Of a DNA stretch of 64,000 nt, positions 19,661 through 26,454 are shown in pieces. The notes below the pieces were generated by a model. The model was not told where the DNA came from and made no database searches. It was given only the letters and a program-made list of their open reading frames with translations. Location of the stretch: NCBI GenBank assembly GCA_963769425.1, contig CAVYLP010000006.1, positions 192,001-256,000 on the forward strand. Reading direction: 5' to 3'. Both the position numbers and the translations under genes were made by a program. Each line of letters starts with the position of its first letter. Position 1 is the first letter of the stretch. The stretch comes from Candidatus Bathyarchaeota archaeon (lineage in GTDB: Archaea; Thermoproteota; Bathyarchaeia; TCS64).

Positions 19661-21376
19661 TTAAAGGTCTTTGACATTCTTGGATTTCTCTATCAATCGA
19701 AGTATGAGGTCTTGTGTCATGAGAAATTCTGTCATCGTATCAATTTTCTCTTCATCACTCATGGTTTCATAATATGAAAAAGAAATCTTCCCTCTTTCAT
19801 GCTTGTATGGATCAACGAATAAGTAATGGAGTGCAGAAATCATGGCTCCGAAGAGACGGTCACGGTATCTATCCTCGTTATTTGGTTTTTTATTAGCTAG
19901 AGTAAGAATAGGACCATTATCTCCTCTCTCAACGTTTTTCCAGTCAAAAGATCTTTGAGATAATTCCGCTATCTCACTGATTGTTAACCCTGTTTTTTGT
20001 CTTAGTAGATTTGCCACTGGGTCCATAGCATCAATGTTCAATTCCAATTTACCCCTCTTTGTTGTTAGTCTTAGATGTTCCTTAAGTTCAGGATGGCATG
20101 CTTTCGTCAATTCTGAAAGTCTCTCCATTTTTTCTTTGATGAGATCAGAAGGTTCTTCTTTTGTTTTTTCAAGGATTTCTTTTTCTAATTCTTCAATAGA
20201 TTTGGTTTCTTCCGCAGATTTCAAGTCAATTGCTTCTTTCATTTTCAATAAAGCAGGGTCTTTAGGAAAGCTTCGTTTTTGTTTTAACTTTTTCTTTAGT
20301 TTTACAATGGTGTTATTAGCATATTTTAGTTCACCAGAATTTACATCTTGTTTTATATGTTCTATGGTTTTTGTATTAATGTTATGTGATTGATAACGGT
20401 TCTGCTCTTGTACACTTCCTATAAAAACTCCTACTTGTTCATTTAATGGTTCGAGAATGTCATTATTTGCTTCAAAATTATTACGTGGAGCATTTTCCTT
20501 TAAATCATCAGTTATTATATGAATTTCTCCATATTGCCATTGATTAAACATACCATCGTGTTGTTTTATTACTAGATTTTCATCCCCGATTGTGATGCCT
20601 TTTTTCTTAAAATAAATGCCTCTGTTTGGAGGCTTTAATACACTATTGTTTTTGCCTGTAATGAGCCAACAATATGCTACTGGTTTTCCATTTATAACTA
20701 ACTTCTTATCGATGATAGTCTCAAAGAAAAGGTCATTGTTGTATGGAGGACGGAATATTTTTTGGTTTTCAAAGAAAATCTCTGCCATTTCGGTCTTGAT
20801 GCCATTTTCTGAAAGCCTCTTGTTAATCTCCTTTCCTAATGTAAATTTATCGGTATCGAATGGTGCAGGAAGATTCTGTGATAGATAATCCGTAATAAGA
20901 TTATCAGTGAATATCGTGTGTTGATTCGGTAGCATTTCCTCAAGTCTAACGGTCGTAAAATGCGATTCTTCAAGTGTTTCATCTTTTCCTAATTCAATAT
21001 TTTCAATGTTTCCCGTGATGTTATTTAATACTTCAATGGCTGGTTTGTTTAAGGTATATTGATCTCTTAACATATCTGCGTTTATTTCTACTCTGAACTT
21101 TGGATGACCCTGTTTTTTAGTTATTATAACAATTCTTCGACAAACAGGAATACCACTCCATATTCCAATTCCTCTCCAACCAATTAGTTCCCCAGATTTT
21201 TCGCTTACACCAAGATATAATGATTTTTCTAATTCTTTCTCATCCATACCACACCCATCATCTTTTATTATTAGATCAATATGTTTATTCTCAAAATACA
21301 CATCGACACGTTTTGCTCCTGCATCAAAGCTATTTTGGATGTATTCACGAAGGCTGTTTCTATTTCCATCATACAA
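19661..21376 (-). CDS. GHKL (Hsp90/MORC-like) ATPase with putative C-terminal Ymh-type HEPN domain
   Basis: LREYIQNSFDA, KDDGCGM and GWRGIG GHKL boxes; C-terminal ~120 aa resembles TIGR02391/Ymh; true start may lie upstream. Confidence 0.8.
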   Translation of the reverse strand: MYDGNRNSLREYIQNSFDAGAKRVDVYFENKHIDLIIKDDGCGMDEKELEKSLYLGVSEKSGELIGWRGIGIWSGIPVCRRIVIITKKQGHPKFRVEINADMLRDQYTLNKPAIEVLNNITGNIENIELGKDETLEESHFTTVRLEEMLPNQHTIFTDNLITDYLSQNLPAPFDTDKFTLGKEINKRLSENGIKTEMAEIFFENQKIFRPPYNNDLFFETIIDKKLVINGKPVAYCWLITGKNNSVLKPPNRGIYFKKKGITIGDENLVIKQHDGMFNQWQYGEIHIITDDLKENAPRNNFEANNDILEPLNEQVGVFIGSVQEQNRYQSHNINTKTIEHIKQDVNSGELKYANNTIVKLKKKLKQKRSFPKDPALLKMKEAIDLKSAEETKSIEELEKEILEKTKEEPSDLIKEKMERLSELTKACHPELKEHLRLTTKRGKLELNIDAMDPVANLLRQKTGLTISEIAELSQRSFDWKNVERGDNGPILTLANKKPNNEDRYRDRLFGAMISALHYLFVDPYKHERGKISFSYYETMSDEEKIDTMTEFLMTQDLILRLIEKSKNVKDL

Positions 21377-21601
21377 TCCTGCCGTAACTGCCTCAAGAAG
21401 TCTGGCACCAAAAGCTTCATTGGTAAATAATACTAAGGTAGATCCCTCTGTGTTTCATCATAGTATCAACCGCTTATATCTTATATGTCTCTATAACTCT
21501 TAAGGTTCTTTCCATTCTCGATTTTAATTTTAATCTTATTCATTGCTTTCTGAATCAATACTATTTTCTCTAACCCCCGTCAAAGAGGTGTCAGTGATTT
21601 A

Positions 21602-21664
21602 GGTATCCTAGGGGTATACCACAAGAGATATATAATTAGGGTATCCTGTAGGATATCTGTAGGA
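21602..21664 (+). promoter_or_regulatory. Transposase promoter: TATA box flanked by GGTATCC-like repeats
   Basis: ATATATAA at 21628-21635; GGTATCC 21602, GGTATACC 21613, GGTATCC 21640, GGATATC 21651. Confidence 0.5.
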
Positions 21665-21675
21665 GTTTGGGAAAG

Positions 21676-22590
21676 ATGAGTTGCAAGTACTGTGGGTCCG
21701 AAAAAATCGTCAAGAACGGAAAAGTCAAGGGAACACAGGTTTACAAGTGCAAGGAATGTGGACACAGGTTCTTCCAGAACGGCAACTTCTCAAAGATGCA
21801 GAGCGAGAAGCGGATCATAGCCGCAGCCTTAAACTTCTACTATGATGGACTATCGCTGAGAAAGGAGCAGCGCAACCTAGAGCAGATCTTCGGGGAACAC
21901 ATCAGCCAAGTTACAATCCTCAATTGGATTAAGAAGTACTCTAAGCTAGTCAAGGAGTATGTCGAGAAGCAGGCACCCCAGCTTTCAGGTCTCTGGCATG
22001 AGGATGAGACGATGCTAGGCTGTGAGGGGCGGAACATCTGGTTCTGGGAGATGATCGATGAGGACACCAAGTTCATGGTTGCAAGTCATATCTCAAACAC
22101 ACGAACATTTGAGGACACGATAGCCATATTTGATAAAGGGTTACAACAGAGCAAGGAGCGGCCTAAAGCCGTGTTCGTTGACGGGTGCAACGCATACAAA
22201 TCAGCGTTCAACAAGGTCTTCTATAGCAGGTACAAGACAGAGAAGGTAGAACTAGTACAACGAGTAGGGATAAGGGCTAGAGAGACAAACAACTCAATCG
22301 AGCGTCTACATGGAACCCTTAAGGACAGAACGAGGTGCATGAAAGGGCTACACAGCTACGAATCAACGAAACTGCTACTTGAGGGCTGGTCGGTTTACTA
22401 TAACTGCGTTAGGCCACATCAGAGCCTAGGCAACAGGACGCCGGCACAAGCAGCAGGGATGAATGTTCCAAACATTTGGCTGGGGCTCATAGAAGCGGCA
22501 ACCAAAGAAGAGGCGGTTGAATCAGTAGAAAAAATAAAGGGAGTAGAACCATTTTTGGATATGATGCAACTTGAGGTGAAAACGCGATGA
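21676..22590 (+). CDS. DDE transposase (IS1-like Zn ribbon + HTH + IS6/rve-like core)
   Basis: CKYCGS..KNG..QVYKCKECG; GLSLR..ISQVTILNWIKKY; WHEDET, VDG, NNSIERLHGTLK, YYNCVRPHQSL. Confidence 0.93.
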   Translation: MSCKYCGSEKIVKNGKVKGTQVYKCKECGHRFFQNGNFSKMQSEKRIIAAALNFYYDGLSLRKEQRNLEQIFGEHISQVTILNWIKKYSKLVKEYVEKQAPQLSGLWHEDETMLGCEGRNIWFWEMIDEDTKFMVASHISNTRTFEDTIAIFDKGLQQSKERPKAVFVDGCNAYKSAFNKVFYSRYKTEKVELVQRVGIRARETNNSIERLHGTLKDRTRCMKGLHSYESTKLLLEGWSVYYNCVRPHQSLGNRTPAQAAGMNVPNIWLGLIEAATKEEAVESVEKIKGVEPFLDMMQLEVKTR

Positions 22591-22751
22591 AGAAGGTGCT
22601 AGTGGCTTTACCGGATGAAGTAGTTAACATGGTAGACACCGAACTGAGTGGAAAACTTGGCGATGGTAGGAGTGACACGCTGAGAACCATAATCATGAAT
22701 TGGCTAGGTGAAAAGGGATATCTGACAAAGGAGGGCAAGTCAAGTGAATAA
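22587..22751 (+). CDS. CopG/ribbon-helix-helix regulator (54 aa)
   Basis: Manual translation MKKVLVALPDEVVNMVDTELSGKLGDGRSDTLRTIIMNWLGEKGYL; ATGA overlap with the transposase stop. Confidence 0.75.
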   Translation: MKKVLVALPDEVVNMVDTELSGKLGDGRSDTLRTIIMNWLGEKGYLTKEGKSSE

Positions 22752-22887
22752 AACCAAAAAAGAACTCGAAGAAGAGGTTGAACTACTGAGCACAATGCTT
22801 GAGAGTTTAGTACAACTACTTGAGGAAAAAGGGGTACTAACGCAAGTCGAGTGGGAAAGAACAATTAAAAATAACATAGTCTTATAG
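22744..22887 (+). CDS. Small helical protein (47 aa)
   Basis: Manual translation MNKTKKELEEEVELLSTMLESLVQLLEEKGVLTQVEWERTIKNNIVL; GGAGG SD; overlaps the RHH stop. Confidence 0.6.
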   Translation: MNKTKKELEEEVELLSTMLESLVQLLEEKGVLTQVEWERTIKNNIVL

Positions 22888-22990
22888 GGTTCTGGTAACT
22901 TAACGGACCTAAGCAATTTGAAAAACGAGTGATAACTAGCGGAACATATTCTAAAAAACGAACTCATGGAATTTGGGAATGCAAATAAAG

Positions 22991-23452
22991 TTAAATTAAG
23001 TCATCTGTCTTCCACTGTGGAAGTCGCTCAGCTTCAGCAAATGCATTCCGATAACGAAGACCTCGTTCAATGGCTTCTCTAGTGTGATATGCCGATACAT
23101 GCAACTCGCCTCCCATGTGAGGAACCTGACTGATTATACCCTCAGAAACTAGTTGTTTTAAAGCCCTACTCCAATGCTTCAATTTGCCTTTTTCGTATCC
23201 ACTTTTCAGATTTGTTTCAGTGTGATGTTTTATTTGATTTCCATCACGGCCTACCCAACAACCATGGTAATACAACTTATTGACTATAAACCCCTTGATA
23301 TGGGCGAGATCACCTTTGTTTAACCCCGTATTGATTCCCCATGGGTAATAATAGGATCTACCTATGACATACATATAAACTCTTGGTAAAATAAAACAAT
23401 CTCTTAAGACAATCTTAATATGTCCGTATATTGTTATACAATAACAATACAC
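22991..23452 (-). CDS. Hypothetical protein, probable winged-helix fold (true start likely downstream of 23452)
   Basis: NKLYYHGCW...HHTETNLKSG...ALKQLVSEGII...HVS resembles small archaeal wHTH-like proteins. Confidence 0.5.
   Translation of the reverse strand: MYCYCITIYGHIKIVLRDCFILPRVYMYVIGRSYYYPWGINTGLNKGDLAHIKGFIVNKLYYHGCWVGRDGNQIKHHTETNLKSGYEKGKLKHWSRALKQLVSEGIISQVPHMGGELHVSAYHTREAIERGLRYRNAFAEAERLPQWKTDDLI
23429..23449. promoter_or_regulatory. Palindromic putative operator TATTGTTAT-N3-ATAACAATA
   Basis: Perfect 9-bp inverted repeat between the two divergent small genes. Confidence 0.5.
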
Positions 23453-23485
23453 ACAAGTATAAATAAATGAGACAAAACAGATAGA

Positions 23486-23872
23486 ATGAGACAGAAAGAA
23501 AAGGAAGATGCTAGTATGGCCCCAGCAGGTAGCCGGAGATGGGGCGAAGACGCTTCAGATACGGAGGAGTATGCAGTTAGCGGCCCGTTGACGAGGCTCT
23601 TTGATTGCCCCACAGCCAGAGTGCTCGATCAGGCTTCATTAGTAGGTAAGATGGAACAAACGATCTCGATGCTAAAAGAGAGCACCAACCTAAGTTACAA
23701 GACTGTGGAAAAAGCTGTGAAGAAGTTGTTAGATCAGAAATTGATGGAGAAAGGCCGACGGATTGGGAATGCAAATACATACATCTTTCTCACAGAAAAT
23801 CACCTAAGTCAATTGATTGCTTGTGCCAACAAAATACAATTGGAGCATGTGAAAGAGCAATCTGAAAAATGA
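23486..23872 (+). CDS. Winged-helix DNA-binding protein
   Basis: PLTRLFDCPTARVLD...LSYKTVEKAVKKL...RRIGNANTY. Confidence 0.7.
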   Translation: MRQKEKEDASMAPAGSRRWGEDASDTEEYAVSGPLTRLFDCPTARVLDQASLVGKMEQTISMLKESTNLSYKTVEKAVKKLLDQKLMEKGRRIGNANTYIFLTENHLSQLIACANKIQLEHVKEQSEK

Positions 23873-23901
23873 TTTTTGATTCTTTTTAAAAAATAGATTT
23901 G

Positions 23902-24201
23902 TTAAAGTTTCTTTTGAACCATCTCTTTTTCATGTTTTATTTCTGGGGCCTCCTTAAACATACTTGAAGTCGGAGGTCTACTTTGCTTCACTCCCTTTAG
24001 AAGCTGTTCGATTGTTAGAATCTGAATCTGGGCTGTAGATCCCTCTCCTGAAGTCTCTTTGAATAGAACGTTATAATCGGCTTTGCTGTTGAATGCGGGA
24101 TCTAAGTAAATCAGGTCAACGGATTCGTCTTTGATGAATTTCCTCATGACCGTTAGATTATCGCCGTAATAGAGGGTATTCACGAAATCCGGATTAGACA
24201 T
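23902..24201 (-). pseudogene. Internally deleted DNA adenine/N4C methyltransferase remnant
   Basis: NTLYYGDNL..DESVDLIYLDPAFNS (DPPF-like) joined directly to a C-terminal IQILTIEQLL..FKEAP tail; SAM-binding region absent. Confidence 0.8.
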
Positions 24202-24287
24202 CAAGGATACACTGTCTTTGAACATTTAAAAGAAATTGGATTAAGCGGTTATCGGTTTCTAATAGGTATCCACGCTTTACAGTACCA

Positions 24288-24311
24288 TATGACAAAAGAC
24301 TGAACAGTATC
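24288..24311 (-). repeat. Right terminal inverted repeat
   Basis: TATGACAAAAGACTGAACAGTATC on the + strand. Confidence 0.95.
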
Positions 24312-24320
24312 GATCTTCGG
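24312..24320 (+). repeat. Right target-site duplication GATCTTCGG
   Basis: Identical to 18375-18383. Confidence 0.92.
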
Positions 24321-24377
24321 TAAGCCTTTTATTCACGTTCCTACTCTTCCCCTCTGCAATCCGAGGCGATCGGCCAA

Positions 24378-24989
24378 GTGAGCGAAGAACCAGAAGTTAC
24401 AATCGAGGCCACTACAGCGGGAACCGGCGGCATAAAGCTATTCGGCGAGTGGAGCTTCGAGAACATAGAGGTCCGGGACCCCGGCCTCAAGAGGTACCTA
24501 AAGATCTCTCCCGTCTTCATGCCCCACTCCGGTGGTCGCCACGAGGCCAGGAAGTTCCAGAAGAGCGAGATGAGCATCGTTGAGCGCTTCACCAACGACC
24601 TCCTGAAGCCAGGAAGCAGCGGCGGCGACAAGCCACGCGTCATGAACGCGGTTAGGACGGCCTTCAAGATCGTCTACGTAAAGACGGGTAGGAACCCCAT
24701 AGAGGTGCTCGTCCGCGCGGTCGAGAACTGCTCGCCCAACGAGGACACGACTCGCATCGGCTACGGTGGTGTCGTCTACAGACTCGCAGTCGACATCTCA
24801 CCCCAGCGCAGGATCGACCTCGCCCTGAGATTCATCGCGAAGGGAATCAAGGAGCAGACCTTCGGCAACAGGAAGACCTTCGAGGAGATCATCGCGGACC
24901 AGCTCGTCGGCGCCGCCCAGAACGACGGCAACAGCTTCGGCGTCCGAAGGAAGCGCGAGATGGAGCGCGTAGCGCAAGCCTCTAGGTAA
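24378..24989 (+). CDS. rpsG: 30S ribosomal protein S7
   Basis: KLFGEW..DPGLKRY, NPIEVLVRAVEN, VDISPQRRIDLALR, ERVAQASR. Confidence 0.97.
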   Translation: MSEEPEVTIEATTAGTGGIKLFGEWSFENIEVRDPGLKRYLKISPVFMPHSGGRHEARKFQKSEMSIVERFTNDLLKPGSSGGDKPRVMNAVRTAFKIVYVKTGRNPIEVLVRAVENCSPNEDTTRIGYGGVVYRLAVDISPQRRIDLALRFIAKGIKEQTFGNRKTFEEIIADQLVGAAQNDGNSFGVRRKREMERVAQASR

Positions 24990-25010
24990 GCCTAGTCTTT
25001 ATTTTCCTCT

Positions 25011-25856
25011 TTATATCAGGGTCCCCGCCGCGAAGGCGAGGAGCCCGAAGAGCATCCAATAGAGGACTTGGTTCTTGACTTTTCTGCTAGATTCACGACC
25101 GTGGTCGTGTATCAGGGTTATAGTTCCGTAGACGAGGCCCGCATCGGTAACAATCACGAATGGTATGTACCAACTTGAGACGAGCCCGAGCATTAACGGG
25201 AGGATGGACGCAGCGGCCGCGACGAGGTAAAAGGCAGAGGCGAGGTAGGCCGCCTTGTCGACGCCATATAGGACGGCTATTGTCTTTACTCCCCTGGACG
25301 CGTCCCCTTCAGTATCTACTATGCCCTTAGTGATCTCCCTGCCAGTGTTTGAGAGGAAGGCTAATGCACTGAATAATAGGGAGGTGGAGACGTTACCAGC
25401 GATGACTCCACCGTAAATAAATGGGAGACCGATGCAGGTGCTTACCATAAGATTGCCAAGGAAACCTGTTCTTTTCCCCCAAGCCGAGTAACCCATCATC
25501 ACAAACCAAGCGAAGACCGCGATAGCGAGGTTAGGGAGGCTTGTGAGGAAGGCCGCGGCTAACCCAACGCCGCTAAGCAGTAGAGAGTAGGCGACTGCCT
25601 CCTTGGGCTTCACCTCGCCGCTCGGGATGGGTCGGCCCGGCTCATTGAGCGCATCTATCTCCCTGTCGAAGTAGTCGTTGATGACCATAGCGCTTCCGGC
25701 GAGTGCGAAACCTGTGATGAAGGCGAGAATCAGTATCTCGAGGGGGATGATTGATCGTAGACCCCCCGTGATCACGACTCCAACGAGTACACCGACCCCA
25801 AGCATTACCGAGTTGACTGGCCTGAGGATCCTGAGGAAGCCACTCGCTCTGCTCAT
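25011..25856 (-). CDS. UbiA-family digeranylgeranylglyceryl phosphate synthase
   Basis: RPVN, NDYFDREIDALNEPGRPIPSG, REITKGIVDTEGD. Confidence 0.88.
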   Translation of the reverse strand: MSRASGFLRILRPVNSVMLGVGVLVGVVITGGLRSIIPLEILILAFITGFALAGSAMVINDYFDREIDALNEPGRPIPSGEVKPKEAVAYSLLLSGVGLAAAFLTSLPNLAIAVFAWFVMMGYSAWGKRTGFLGNLMVSTCIGLPFIYGGVIAGNVSTSLLFSALAFLSNTGREITKGIVDTEGDASRGVKTIAVLYGVDKAAYLASAFYLVAAAASILPLMLGLVSSWYIPFVIVTDAGLVYGTITLIHDHGRESSRKVKNQVLYWMLFGLLAFAAGTLI

Positions 25857-25981
25857 TGCATACGCAGATGACTGCTTTATTATTAAAATGCCGTGGGACC
25901 ATTCTTTACATGATGCTAAAAATCATATCATCGGTTAACGTGTTCAGAGAACCTCGCCAAGGGGGTTAAAATAGCCGTCGG

Positions 25982-26350
25982 CTAAGCACGCTCTATCCTG
26001 ATCTTTTCACCGGGCTTCACGAGTTTAAGTAGCCTCGCGTTGTCCGCGATTCTAGCGAAGACGTTGACGGGACTCGCGGCGCGTATCTCCTTGTCCCAGC
26101 TGGCGGGGGTGGGGCCGAAGAAGAAGCAGATCGCTTTTCCGGGCATCCAGTAGGCTACGTCGCCGAGGTCGACTATCTGCTTGGGGGACTCCGTCTCTGC
26201 GGTGACGGGTATGGTGTAGTATATCTCGTCGCCCCAAGTGTTAGCCTTCCCGTCAATGGGGAGCTTCTCCCAGACTGCGTCAGCTGTGATGGGGTTCTCA
26301 CCGGTCAACTCAGCGTAGAATGTGCCGGCAGATGTCGTTGTGATCTTCAT
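25982..26350 (-). CDS. Cyclophilin-like fold protein (DUF369)
   Basis: ANTWGDEIYY, GDVAYWMPGKAICFFFGPTP, ASPVNVF. Confidence 0.85.
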   Translation of the reverse strand: MKITTTSAGTFYAELTGENPITADAVWEKLPIDGKANTWGDEIYYTIPVTAETESPKQIVDLGDVAYWMPGKAICFFFGPTPASWDKEIRAASPVNVFARIADNARLLKLVKPGEKIRIERA

Positions 26351-26454
26351 TCTCCTCGGCGAATCATGTGCCCCCTTCCAATCTACGTCAATCGTGCCCC
26401 GCTTAAGCTTTTTACCCAATATGGTGTTGGTATGGTGAGCTGGCTGCTGGGGGC

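Larger units (their letters stand above)
18384..24311. mobile_element. Cargo-carrying DDE transposon (IS1/IS6-like), 5,928 bp
   Basis: Perfect 24-bp TIRs, 9-bp TSD, internal DDE transposase, sharp drop in GC relative to flanks. Confidence 0.93.

Noticed and set aside
22888-22906. GGTTCTGGTAACTT resembling an IS6-type terminal repeat
   Set aside because: No partner repeat found; the true ends are defined by the 24-bp TIRs and TSD.
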